Of a DNA stretch of 64,000 bases, positions 43,701 to 56,401 are shown in pieces. The translations under genes were made by a program, and so were the position numbers. This DNA is from Balanoglossus misakiensis (lineage: Eukaryota > Animalia > Hemichordata): contig CM082586.2 in assembly GCA_040954595.2 (NCBI GenBank), forward strand, positions 5,318,509 to 5,382,508, read 5' to 3'. The first letter of the stretch is position 1, and every line of letters starts with the position of its first letter. The notes below the pieces were generated by a model. That model ran no database searches. It was given only the letters and a program-made list of their open reading frames with translations, and was not told where the DNA came from.

Positions 43701-46700
43701 CATTTGTTGATGGATACCCCGTGGTCTCTTTCATCCAGGAACTTGTCAGCTTCTTCCTCCGTCATTTTAATTTTGGAAGAAAGCAGATCAGTTTTGGTCA
43801 ACTCCAAGAATGCTGTCAGGGAGTTCTGTGTTTTCTTACAAAGTTGTTGATGGTACTTTTCCAAACCACACATCCTCAACCATGCCCCTAGCGGGTCGTC
43901 TTCACTTGTAGGAAACAGTTCCTCGGCAATGCAAGTTTGCGAGAGTCGCTTGTATTCTGCAAAGGGCACCTCGTTTTCATTCATGTACTTTGCAGCGGCA
44001 ATAAGTGCGAGTGGTAGACCATCAAGGCCATCTGGACCAGCCAACCACTGGAGTGCTTCAAAGTCGTCTTCATCAAGCTCTCTCTGCAGGATGTTGTCAT
44101 CACCGGAAGTGACGTCAGTAGGTTCTCCGTCTGGATGATCATGGACATAGCGATCAAGTAAACGCATGGCATCGTCTTCTTTGAGAGGTTTAATATGAAA
44201 TGGCTTCATCACTAGAGGGTATAGGGGTGAGGTTGCATATGAAGTATCCCGTGATGTTATGATGATGTGACCTCCTATAGGGAAATTGGGGAAATAATCA
44301 AAGACATGCTTGGAAAGGTCAGCATTGTCCAATACCATCAGCCAGTCCCACTTCTCAGTTAACCAGTCAGTGACAGCTTTCTTTATGACGTCAGGGCGCA
44401 CGTCTTTCTTCTCCCCAAAGAGGTCCAGTTTTTCCGCCTACAAAATAATCACAAGTGGCTATTACGTATTATTTTTAATCATAATAAAATACTTTCTGGA
44501 TACTTAGAGAATGAATGACAGGTGACATAAAAGTAGGTCCAATAATCATCATTCAAGGTCGCAACTATCATAAAAGTGCGTTTTAGATTTGTTTACAAAC
44601 CCCTAGATCGATTTTTATGGATATCATGAGTGTTATACACTGTGACTATACAACTTATTTGACAGGACACATAAAACGTACCATCCGTTTAAATACGTAG
44701 TCCAGGGTAACAGGAGAACCTGCGGGTATCCACAACACACCACTTGTATAGTTTTTAAAATATTTGCTGATGTACTGTATAGCAATTTCTGATTTCCCAC
44801 AACCAGCCAGGCCATTTATGACCTATAAAGAATGAAATGAGAGTTAAGACTGGCGTTAAATCCTATATTTGCTCACCGTTTGCTTCTTCCACGTGTGAGA
44901 ACATTATGAACAATATATCCAATATATCACTCAGTGCTTGAAGCAAGTTGAAGGTTGCAGACACATGTTACGACACCTGTTGCTCCCGCACTTCCGGTCA
45001 CCACATTCGCTATGTGTGCATTAAGCAAGACTTGCAAATGTGTAAAAACTGAAAATCTATTGAATCCGTGGAATAATGTCTAATTTATCATTAAGGAAAC
45101 ACATGGTATGCCTAACTTACATGAATAACACTTCTCCTCTTCGTTGGATCGGCATCTTCTTTTGTTGGTTGATTATCTTTGTAGGATTTATAAATACCTT
45201 CAAGAAGATCTTTGTGACCGACGAACAGAGGATTTGGAGTTCGCATATATTCCACCAGATCTGGATAAGTTCAAACAAAAAGACAGTAACTAAGTAATAC
45301 GGCACCAGCATATCACACTCACGGGTACTCAAAATAGGCGCTGAGTCTGGGTTCGAATCCTGTGAAACTAAAGTCCATTATACAGTTATGTGACGTGCAC
45401 TCTCCAGAACTTTAGAAAATAAACTTGTATACATGATTTTACAAAATCGATGCATGATATCTTGTTGACATTCGTGCATTTCTTAACAAGGCTTCGTAAC
45501 ATATACAAGGGAATATATTTACAAACACTGGTAGTTTTAAATGATAGGAAATCTAAACCAGAAATCTTACCAGATGCCCGCCTCAAAGCATGTTTTTCTT
45601 CCGTGTCCGGTTGTTTAATAACAGCTGGTTTTACTGTGAAAAGTGTTATTCAAATGATAAAAAATGTGAACAATGTGTGTACCTCACACGCATATAAACA
45701 AACCTGAGCATTAAGATGTGAACAAGTTAAATAATACATTGTATGCGTGCATGCCCATTAAAATCTTCATAAATTCAAAATTGCGGGTAAGAATAATTTG
45801 AAAATTGAAATATATTGATGTTAAAGTGTGCTACAATAATTGGTAGCTGGTGGGGCTTTAAGCTAAGGATCCAATGTTGGATTCAACATAGCTACTGGGC
45901 AATGGGAATACTTCTGGGAGAATAAGTCGCCTTCTCTCGATTATCCCATTCTTCTTCGCTCTTCGTAGATTTCCACATGATATTCTATATAGGCGAATTT
46001 AACCATTGTCTTGCACAAACGTTCTGCGGCAGCTTTCATCAATACCATAGATATTCTATATAGGCGAATTTAACCATTGTCTTGCACAAACGTTCTGCGG
46101 CAGCTTTCATCAATACCATAGAGGATACTGAAAACGTACTTACTGATGTTTCCTACATAAAGCAAAATGAGACATTTGTCACCATGCTATAGTGGAGTGT
46201 AACATGTGATAGGGAGACAAACAGACTTAGACAAACAGGGACAGAGAGAGTAATATGAATTGCAAGCATCCACTGTATATATATTTATATATACACACCG
46301 TGTAGTTTTAGTGATGCACCATACCGAATGTTGGGGCTGGTCTTTGTTTTCAAGAATTAAGTGGTTATAAATACAACTACCTAAATGTAAGTTGGTCTGA
46401 CAGAAAAAAGGGGAATGTTTCTGAAAACTTACCCAGTTGTTTTTCTAGTTCAGCATTTCCTGAAAGAGAAATTGTTGTAAGTAATACTTATAGTCTGAAA
46501 ATTGTATTTTTTTTAAAAAAAAGAGTAGGTTATTAATTTGATGATGTTACCTCCCAATACTCCCCTCGACTCAATCAAGGAGAATCTTCAAAATTATAAT
46601 ACATAAACTGCCTGGTTTCTACTTACTTGTCTCTACAGCTCCAATTTTCGCCTTTAAGTTGTCTGAAAAGAAATGGTATTTTGCGATAATTAAACTTCTC

Positions 46701-46927
46701 TTACTGCAACTCTGTTTTTCGTTAACTGTACCATTTCTTCTTTGACCTTAGCTAGTTATGAAACAATAACACTGAAAACATAATTGATTATATCAATCCA
46801 CCTTGAGAAGGCTATGCCTTCGATGTGCCTACTTACCATATTTTCTCTTGGCGAACAACCAAAGTAGGCTTAAACCCACACCAATCACCGGTAATGCTAT
46901 TACAACAGCCACTGTCTTTTTGTCCAT
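40785..46927 (-). CDS. NLR-like STAND protein: N-terminal TM anchor, NB-ARC with internal SAM-like insert, TPR-like repeats (~915 aa)
   Basis: Exons 46927-46837 (hydrophobic VAVVIALPVIGVGLSLLWLFA), 46662-46627, 46459-46433, 46152-46144, 45633-45571, 45260-45121 (PNPLFVGHKDLL), 44822-44682 (Walker A GLAGCGKS), 44437-42949 (Walker B WLMVLDNAD, IIITSR, GLPLAL, winged-helix FTIHR), then 42662-42525, 42365-42201, 42031-41888, 41632-41492, 41122-40991 (phase-1 TPR-like exons, e.g. YEEAEDLLTKALKIKE) and 40816-40785. The 5' micro-exons are the least certain part. Confidence 0.82.
45979..46122. repeat. Perfect 71-bp tandem duplication in an intron of the NLR-like gene
   Basis: GATATTCTATATAGGCGAATTT...CAATACCATA occurs at 45979 and 46050. 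Confidence 0.9.
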
Positions 46928-48486
46928 GTCTGGTTGGGAAGAAATGAAAGATTTTCAAATCGCTGAATTTTTTACAGTATTTTTTTATTAAAATATTTCG
47001 AGGGCTTTAAAACTTATTAAGTATCTATTAGGTGAATATGTAGGACTATATTAAGAATTTAAACTTTATGAAAACATATCTGTCAATATCATATCCATGA
47101 TCTCCCCCGTAGAATTAAAATGTTTAAAAACCCTTTAACGCCTTCGATGACTATAATTTTTCCCTTGAAATGTTGTCCCCGAGGCGCATACGTCCTTACA
47201 ATGGTCTTATTGCATTTGAGTATCGACGATTATTGCGCGAAGCACTGGGCAAAGATCTCCTAAGCAACTTTGTCAGGTAGGTCAATCCGTTTAAATAGAG
47301 CGAGGCGACGTGATACCGTGACTCTGTGAACTTTGACCGGTGTGGCCAGTCGATGACCCCATGAATGAAATACACTCAAACAGACCGCGGCCATTTGCAC
47401 GTATACCACAAAATAGCGTGTAAACAGATATTATCCTTCTGCCAATAGTCAAATATTCCGTTTAAACCACAAGGATTATTGAAAAAAGTAAACAGACTTC
47501 ATTTCGCCGAAAAATGACCAAGTACGACATGATGTTTTGCATGGCTCGATATTACACTAATACAATGTGCTGTGTTTTATGCATGGTTGAGTGCGCAACT
47601 TACCTCTGCCGAGTGCACTCGAACATTGTCCCATATTCGGTGCATACCTGAGTATATTGTCTACTACTACTAATACTAATGCATATCTGACTGTTAGGGG
47701 TAAAGAGCATTGATTGATTTAGAACCTCCTTCGGCAGTCTTCAATGGAGGTGTGTGTGTGACATGAAAGCAAACTGAAAGTATTTAAGAGATTGAGGTCA
47801 GCTTGATTTAACCATACAACGGGGTGCGTGCGTGTACGTTCTACACAAGAAAAGAATCACGTCATTGTTAGTCATGATATGTGCCTTCGACAAAAGGAAC
47901 GAACGGGGACAGTTAATTGTACTCACCGACTTTCAGTTTGGGATTACCGATGGCAGACAACGACCAAACACGACCGTCTGATGTTCACCTCGCCACAGTA
48001 CGCGCTGCGGGCGAAGTCCAGGTGGCTTCCGCGTTTAATTTTTAGTTGTGCACTCGGACTCGCTGTTGGGCGCTCTATATAATGTGTGGACGTGCGCCCC
48101 ACGCGTTCCCCGAAATGAAATTCCTGCCCATTAAAAAGACATTTACCAGCGATTCATACAACGACGGTCAGAGTTGACGTGGTGTCTCACGCGAATGGTT
48201 CCTGTTTTCCCTGCCAGAGTGAGAGGTCGCTGCTAAACAAGTGACCGATGTCAACCTTCACACCACAGGGGTCACCTCCAGAGGTTGACTAGAAACGTTA
48301 ATTTATACTAATGACTACATGTAGCATTTCTCTCTCATGGCTTTACTCAGTAAAATGACAATATATTATTTCCCGTACACTAAAATAACGTACTTCTGTT
48401 ATAAGGTCACTTTATATATTTAAGTAGAGAATAATCCTCCAAAAATAAAATAATGCTATACAAACGGTATTTGCTGTCACGCAATA

Positions 48487-48715
48487 GGCCATTTTCATGA
48501 CCCCTACATGACCTTGCATCCTTGTACTTCCGATTGTATGTGGTTTTCACAATTCTACATTTTGGGACAAGAAAGTGTAAAATGTTGCTAGAAAATGAGC
48601 CATTTTTGTAAATAAGTACATAATTAATCGACTACAGCTGTTTTAGTCAACTGGATGGACTCATACCGACGGGAGTACGAGGATGTGAGGTCAAGTAGGG
48701 GTCATGAAAATGGTC
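48487..48715. mobile_element. MITE with GGCC-ended TIRs, copy 2
   Basis: GGCCATTTTCATGACCCCTACATGACC ... GGTCAAGTAGGGGTCATGAAAATGGTC; internal sequence similar to 32664-32919. Confidence 0.75.
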
Positions 48716-49234
48716 AATTCGCAATGCAAACACACAAAAACTTGAAACAGTCAAGTCCGCACCAAAAATTACAAAAATACCCCAAATATTGATATTTTCC
48801 TAAATATAAAATGCTGATCTTTTCACCATCATGTTTACACACCACAATAAAAATCCCCCATGCTTTGTACACCAACTTTGTAAGTACCGGTAAGTGGTGT
48901 CCAAAAATAACCAAAAATTGCAAACTTTTTTACATATCATGATTAGATTATCCTTTACATTCTGCATTAGCAAATTGAAAGCTAACGCACCAGTGGTTTC
49001 TGAGAAAGGTCATGACTAAAATGATTCAATTAAATTACATTAAATTATGAACAAGTTGAATAATAACACGGTTATTCATCCTCGCGTTATTGCAAGACTA
49101 CACAACCATCGCCGTGTGCAAATGTGTATTCGAATCTCCACGAACTCAAAATGGTGTCGTCCATAGGCTAAGGGTAAGGAGGAAACTGGAGTACATGGAT
49201 TGCATTGATTCAGTGGCAGATATCGGGGCTTTGG

Positions 49235-52200
49235 TTATCTGCAATTGTTGACATGCAGACGAAGTGCCCCTTTGTTGTGCAGTGACACCAGGAACTCGAA
49301 CTCCGAAGGCATCTGGTGCCATTTTCTCTTGGCCTTCCACGCCGGATACATGATCGCCTCCGGGTCGAAATAATGGTAGTTGAGCGGCCTCCCCTTGGCA
49401 TCTTTTAAGAAGGGCCAAAATCCGTAAATGTGCACCTCCTCACAAAAGCTAATGGCGTCCGTGATCAGCAGCAGACCTGAAAATGAGACAAATTTGAAGG
49501 AGAAACAATGTTATTTAAGGAGGGTTATCACTTTTGGCTCATTACATGTTTGGAGTTCAGAGTGGTAACATCTCATGCACAGCTCCAGTGGCCTAAGTAT
49601 GTTCTTTCTGAAGTAATTTGTAACGCACGCTGAAATACATTGGCTTCCTTGACCATGAACGCATTAGGAGTGGTTTGTATTATTCATGCCATGTTATAGA
49701 GGCATGTTTGTTCAAATACATGTATTGAGGAATCCTCCCATTTGGTGACCTGCAGTATGCAAAGTACCCTGACAATTACACGTACCAGTTGAAATCCGAA
49801 CGGCGTTTATGCCATTGTTTTTCCAAAATGACCTGGTCAGTATGAAATGTTCGGGATGAGGGAATACAGCGTCGATGTGAGCTTTTCGCAATGTGTCTTG
49901 CACCAGGAAAGCTATTTCTTTGCAGTAAGAGCTTGAAAATGCCGGGATCCAAAGCGTTGTTGTTCCATACTCGCTTAAAACATCTGAGACAAACCGTTCC
50001 TTCCATTCAGTGGTGTTGAGACTTTGATAACTGCAATTGCAATAAGGAACAGTCAACAGCTATAGGTAGGCTGGTGATCGCTTCTGTTATGGGAGCAAGA
50101 GGCTACAACACAAAGTGCACATGAACACAGATAGTATACACATGAATACTGAGGAACACGTGAGAATACATGTGTTTGTGACAGGTTTTATTAAACCAAC
50201 CAACTAACCATACATACATGTACATATGTATAAATATACATGACTTACCGGTCGCGGATGAGGGTAGGATTACACGACATTAAGTTTGTCTTGTTACCGG
50301 CGTCATGAGTAAAATTCTCGACCTTTGCAAAGTTTGACCTAAATAGGAGACAAAAGGCCCAGGGGTGAACATACAGGTGTTGGGTCAGTTACCTAAGCAG
50401 TAAGAAGTGAAAGGGCCGTTGGTGAGAAATACTTCCACCAGGCCATAAAGTATGAATGATGTACCTGCTTTAATACAAATGATGTCATAGGTGGGTGCAT
50501 GTAGCTCCAGAGCCCACTTTAAACCATGCCTAGCTAAGCAGAGAGGACAGAGAACAATTGCTATACCTCTCCCGAATACTCTACTGCTAGGGCAAAGTTC
50601 TCTTCCCATATTTGGCCGGCTGTTGTTTTGTCTCGAAAAACCCTCCCGACATATCAATGGTGTGTACCCCTTAGACTAAGAGTTTGACACAAAAAGAAAT
50701 AATCTGCGAGTTGTAACTACGATTACACCTTGATGGAAGCCACATAAAGGCGTCTTAGACGTCTGCGAAGTTTTCCGTCTATACCTAAAGGCTATTGCTT
50801 GTCCTCACGGGAACTCTCGAACCGTATAAAACAAACATCCGTTACCCTGATATAGTATGCATGGTATTTTGTCGTCCAGTGTCGGTCGGTTGATTTCGAG
50901 CGTGTCCGGAAGAACAGAAACTATCCCCTGGAGCCTACGAAATGTGTCCGGCAAATCGCGCGAACATGAACCGCCATCTTCACACAATCAACTTCCTCAG
51001 TCACGCAACAAGTCACCCTGCTCTGTCGAAACGCTCTCAATCAGACATTTATCTTGACTTCTTACCGAATAACGAAATCTGCAGAGTCGATAGATGTGCC
51101 ACATCCGGATCCGGAAATAAGACCGCTATTACCCACAATGCTACACTTCTTAAAACGCTTCTTCATGTAAGGCATTTCCTATAATAAAAGAGAAGAAGAA
51201 GAACGGAGAACGTGGCCTGTTTGTATATTCAGTCACGGTGAAAACAACTGTAACTTTATAGTAACAAGCCAAATGCCATGACGCTCTTACCTTGGGCAAT
51301 CGCTCGTATATTTCAGATGTTATGTTTAAACGAATACTAGGAGAAGCCTCGTATCGAATCGTATCGTTTATCCTCACATTTTCTTTGTTCACCACAAACA
51401 GTTCTGAAGTATTGCAGTTTTTCTGAAGCCATGACCTGAAAATGATTATATAGTATATAATAATTGTTTAGAGAGTATGAACATTACAGTTGCAATAATT
51501 GCAAACCATTTAACCATTGCTTATGTGATTGATATCACGTGGTGTCACTATAGTGATCGTGTTATGTAAACGAGTTGCGCAACAATGCGTCAAATATTAT
51601 CAAATACGAATGAGAAGCGAAAACTCCACGCCAGGCCACAATTTCGCCCGCCAAAATGCATTGAAATCGACGGTTTCCACACAAGAAATCTGGAATATTA
51701 AACAAATCGCCGCCACTCTCATATAAAACTGCGCTCATAATCCCCTGTACCCTGCTGCTAGTGTTCACCCTGACATGTTTAACATGTTGACGTGGCAGAT
51801 GCGAATTTGAGATCTCGATTCTTGTGTTTTAAAGCTGAATTTTGAGCGATATCAGCCCAAACTCCACTTTGACTGAAGTCTATACAATGCAGGTGTGTGG
51901 AGTACAGAAACTATCCAATTTCAAAAACTAGAATTGCCGAAACAAATAATATGCGTGCTCACCTAAACTCGTCGGCAGCTGACGCATTGAACGTCCAGTT
52001 TTTATCGATCCTATTGTATATGTTTATCGGGAATAGAGGATTGTCAGGAGATGACTTCTGTCTACTCTTTCGAACTTTCGTTTTCACTTTGGGTTTTTCT
52101 TCAACAGTCTCAATCTGCGTGGTTTGGCTGGAACAATTGGCTTTACCACTTTCCATATCACCCCGAGTAGTGTCGTTACATTTGTACGGTTCGCCCACGT

Positions 52201-53128
52201 TGTCTTCGACGCCAAAGATGCGAAGGGCGTGACTTGCATTTGTGAGAGTGAGCGTCAATCGAGAGTGTCCTCTGTAAAGCACAAGGAAGGCCACATTGAA
52301 GAGAACCGACACGACTACAAATGCCACCAGAAGTCTCCTCGTTGAGCGAATTTGCTGCGGATAAAAGAACAACATAAATCACGTTTCGCTCTACACAGAC
52401 ACGACTCATGTTGAAAAAAAATTGGTAGACAAGGCATATTGTTTTGAAGAGGCGACAGCTGTATATATTTGGTTTGGCATGGCTGACATATTAATGAGCT
52501 TATCAACGAGCACAAACTGTCTCCTATTGTCCGTGAAGAGCAATATTATTGAAGCAAATTTATGACACCTTCTACAGATTTAAGGCTCAAAAGATAATGG
52601 ATGGTGGTATTTACTACGTGTGCAACGCCAATAAATTGTCAATTTCATATCTAGTTATGTCTTACAGTGTTATAAAATCTTGAGATATTGATACCGCAGA
52701 ATAGTTAGACCCAGTAGTGGTTTTTATAATCAAAGCAGTTTATTGCGGTTATTGATATTAGTGCTCTAAGTTAACTGCTGCTGCAGCTTCAATTGCAATA
52801 AGACTCGTTAGAGCTCTTGATTAGGATGCCCTTAATATAGGAAAGGTGAAGCTTCAATTGTGATCATGTAATTTTGCTCGAGGAAAGAAGCAAGTTGCAA
52901 TATATGTGGTTCATTTCGGAGGTCACAAAGACAAATCAATCTCCTTTCATACAGAACAGATGCCAATTGTAATACAGTTGAATATGTGCCTATACATCAC
53001 CTCATATGAATGAAAAAACGCGTGTAGGTGGACAATGAATAATAGTGAACGATGAAAAGGGTTTGAGTATGAATGTAAATGCAATTAATTAATCAATTAA
53101 TTAATTGACCTACCCGTATTATCTTCAT
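49235..53128 (-). CDS. Alpha-2,8-sialyltransferase-like (GT29/ST8Sia family, ~413 aa, type II membrane protein)
   Basis: Exons 53128-53114, 52354-51963 (TM LLVAFVVVSVLFNVAFLVLY), 51435-51291, 51178-51066 (L motif CSIVGNSG...CGTSIDSADFVIR), 50338-50249 (DAGNKT), 50030-49786, 49476-49235 (S motif STGLLL...CEEVHIYGFWPF, YHYFD, VS motif HQMPSE). Confidence 0.92.
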
Positions 53129-53335
53129 TACTCGTGAAGGCGTTCGACTGAAAATTCAACCTGAAAGCGACAAGAAATGTCTGTTCACTGATGTAGAGAT
53201 ATACTCAAATGGTTGATACTAGCTGCAGATATTTAAATTATCCAAATCCGTTTATGACCACCACGTTAGTGGAACCGCCGCCTTCCTGTTTATCACTCAG
53301 GCTAGATTTAACATCAAATGGCTCACAATATAATC

Positions 53336-53440
53336 CCGGTCGTGTGTCGTTGGTTCTCTCTCTCTGTGTCTGTCTCTCTCTCTCTGTCTCTCTCGGTCGT
53401 GTGTCGTTGGTTCTCTGTCTCTCTCTGTCTCTCTCTCTCT

Positions 53441-53511
<71 letters not shown>
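53336..53511. repeat. (TC)n microsatellite with a short duplicated unit
   Basis: Long TC run; CGGTCGTGTGTCGTTGGTTCTCT occurs twice. Confidence 0.95.
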
Positions 53512-53512
<1 letters not shown>

Positions 53513-54804
53513 GCACAAAATAAAATATTGGTAACGTATGTCGCGCTTAAAGCACATTCAGAGCGATCTTCTCGGAATAACAGGGGTGTCGTTGCCCTGG
53601 ATCCTAGATTAACGCTGCGTAATCTGTACGATCGTGTTTTTCCCACGCGCGGAGCAAAAGTTCTGGCTCACTGAACCACATACGGAGAGATTGTGTGAGA
53701 CAGAGAGAACAGCATCGCAACAACAATATATAGGCTATTAAAAATCGGATAGTTTATAACCGTACGTTACGTTTAGATAAAATATGAGCGTAGTCAGAGG
53801 TAAACACAAGGTATGTGAATGTCGACAGTGTTCTCTTGCCTACTATCTGTACGTTTTCATTGAAATGTCCAAATGAATGCGTGACATATGGTCGTGCATG
53901 TATTCAATTAATAAATTGAAAGGTCGACAGTCTGTTACGGGCAATGGAATCGCGTATGTTTTGTTTGTGCAGGTCTAATGAAGTACAGGAAGACAAGGGG
54001 AGAACCATAATGGTTTCTAGGGTGAAGGATTGTTGGGGGAGGGTGTTTGTAGGTGATCCAGAGGTCCGGATGACAATATTCTTCTGCAATGCGTCAAGAA
54101 AAAAAGTAGGATATGGAATAGACAATAATCGCTATAACAGTGGTTGAAAAAATCACTGGTTAACACACCCAAAACCCCACCCACCCGCGAAATCAAATGG
54201 TTCTGTCCAAAGAGTCGATTCTCTCCTTAATAATATCTTGAAACATGGATTACAGCGGTGTTTTTTTATCCATCTAGCTCCATATTTCCGAACGAATATT
54301 TCTTGTTTTCTCCGCGAGAGATATACGTCGTGTACACTTCCTAACCCCCATTTCCTTGGAAAATTTAACTCCTCATTTAAGTCACAATCGCGCGCCATCT
54401 GGTCACATAGTCGAGCCGCCAGTTTCCTTTGTCGTTGGAATTGCTTGTTGCCATAGTAATCAGAATCGCCCGTACAATTGAATGTTGATGATGTGCTTTC
54501 GTGGGGATTTTTGTGTCGCGTTTCTTTCAATTCAACGATAAATGTGAAAGCTTTCACTTTAGCTCTCTTGAGGGAGATATCAATAACACCAAATAATATT
54601 ACTGAGGCTGTTTAATTTGTATTTTGTCGGCTAGGTCAGATAATTTTGAACAGAATTGCGTAGATTGTGGCGCCGACCGATTCTCAGTAATTCGTCTGAT
54701 CGCCTGATCAACTTCTTGTGACATGACCGTGATGGCGTCGACTGTTACAACTCAAAACCCCCTCCCCCTCCCCCTCCCCGGCGGGCGAAATTTAAGCCGC
54801 AGTT

Positions 54805-54982
54805 ATAATAAAAGCCCGTTACGCCATTTTCTAAAGCAGGAAATAAATTATTATCTCGTTATCTCGAGTTACTATGTCGAGATAACGAGATACTAACTCG
54901 AGATAACGGGATACTATTCGTTATAACGAGATATTTTTTTTTTAATTTTTTGATTAATAAAAGGGCGTTAACAGGCTTTCAT
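54805..54982. repeat. Small palindromic MITE-like repeat
   Basis: Imperfect inverted ends AAAGCCCGTTACGCC / GGCGTTAACAGGCTTT around repeated ATCTCGTTAT/ATAACGAGAT units. Confidence 0.5.
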
Positions 54983-55414
54983 ATTTTTTTCTAATTAGGC
55001 TACTTTGTTGAAAAATAATTAATATACGCAGAGCGGAAATGAAATAATGTAGGAAGTATGAAACCTGCAGTCAGAAATTAATTTTCTTTGTTCTCTTTGT
55101 GGGTGTGTCAAGCGTAACGATTCTTTCCGATACTGAAGTCAATTATTTGTCCATAATATATCTTTCAAAGCCACAGTAGATGCCATTTTGTGCATAATTC
55201 TCATGATTTTTCTTTACTGGGAATAGTCTCAGCTTACTGGCTGTGCACAATCATTTTACCAACCCCTGATTGTGACCGGCATTTGTTACAAGGGTCCTTA
55301 TAATATACTGCTATGTGATCATGCTGTCGTTGTTTGTCCTTGACGCAAGTAGTCCCCACTCTGATTAATTAAAAAGGAGTGCCGCAGGAACGGCTAGGTT
55401 TGTCGGTTATATCA

Positions 55415-55500
55415 TAGCCTGGTATCCATATCTCAGTGTGTTTTAGATAGACTCACCTAGCGTGTGATCTAAAACACCCTGCGGTCTGGATACCAGGCTA
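55415..55500. mobile_element. 86-bp hairpin-forming mini element
   Basis: TAGCCTGGTATCCA ... TGGATACCAGGCTA perfect 14-bp inverted ends plus inner GTGTTTTAGAT/ATCTAAAACAC arms. Confidence 0.65.
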
Positions 55501-56338
55501 GTTATCTCAGTACATGTACTTCTATTAGAACTGATGGTCTTTTATAACGACAAGGTGTACACACCTCAGCTGCTAGCTGACCTCTGCAGTAGATTACTAA
55601 GGCCATGAAGTATACAGAAGGCGTGGTAGTACAATTTGAAGTCGAGTCACGCGCTTTCTATTCAAAGTAGTTCATGGCGAATAGGGGCTGATCGAAAAAG
55701 ACTGTGTAATCTCAAAGCCACAGCAGGCACACTTATTACGAAATCAGTGATTAGGAATACGTACAAATTCACACGTACCCCGTTGCTTGATAACTGTACA
55801 GTCTTCGTCTTCCAGCTCTCAGCGCGGCATGTGTAGAAGCCCAGCTTATCTCACCTATGCGGTATCCGATGGCGTCTACAGCGCAGATGGAAAATAAGGT
55901 GAAAGGAGAGAACGACTCACGAAGGCAACACAGCCGGTAATCGCAGAGACAGGAAGCCAACGACGTTTTGAGTGAACGCGAGGAATTGTCCTTCCCAACT
56001 CGACCTGATGGAATACAAAAATCCGTCAAAAAATGATAGCTTCATATTTTTGACAACCTTTCAAGTCACCTTCTGCTGCCGACTACGTCAACAGTTCTTA
56101 CCTCTATTGACCTCGATACATGATTTTGGTCTGTATGCACATGCAAATTGAAGTGGTCGCCGTTTATTGTAGCGTGTGAACTGATTTCTTCGCATCATAA
56201 ACTGGCCGGGCAATCTGTGACGCAGAACATCCGCTAAAAGGCTCGATAGATCCTGTTTGGACCACACGGATACAGTTGTAACTCTCAGTCGATTCGCTCT
56301 ATCATATTGTGTGGATGGGTGGGGTGGGGGTAGAGGTG

Positions 56339-56401
56339 TATGTGTGTATGTGTGTTTGTGTGTGTGTGCGCGAGTGTGTGTGTGTGTGTGTGTGTGTGTG
56401 T
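56339..56401. repeat. (TG)n microsatellite
   Basis: Directly visible. Confidence 0.9.

Noticed and set aside
45979-46122. 71-bp tandem duplication as a frameshift inactivating the NLR-like gene
   Set aside because: It lies downstream of the GTAAGT donor of the 9-nt micro-exon, so it is intronic in my model; the frames I read through it hit stops with or without the duplication. It could also be an assembly artefact.
48720-49120. Possible dispersed repeat or SINE-like remnant, and a similar one at 56720-56860
   Set aside because: They look repeat-like, but I could not define ends, target-site duplications or a second copy in this window.
53209-53674. ORFs with (RE)n or (SL)n runs
   Set aside because: Translations of a TC microsatellite.
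53904-54557. 134-aa and 73-aa minus-strand ORFs upstream of the sialyltransferase
   Set aside because: No recognisable motif, no clear ATG start and no convincing splice structure. Could be a decayed gene; needs BLASTX.
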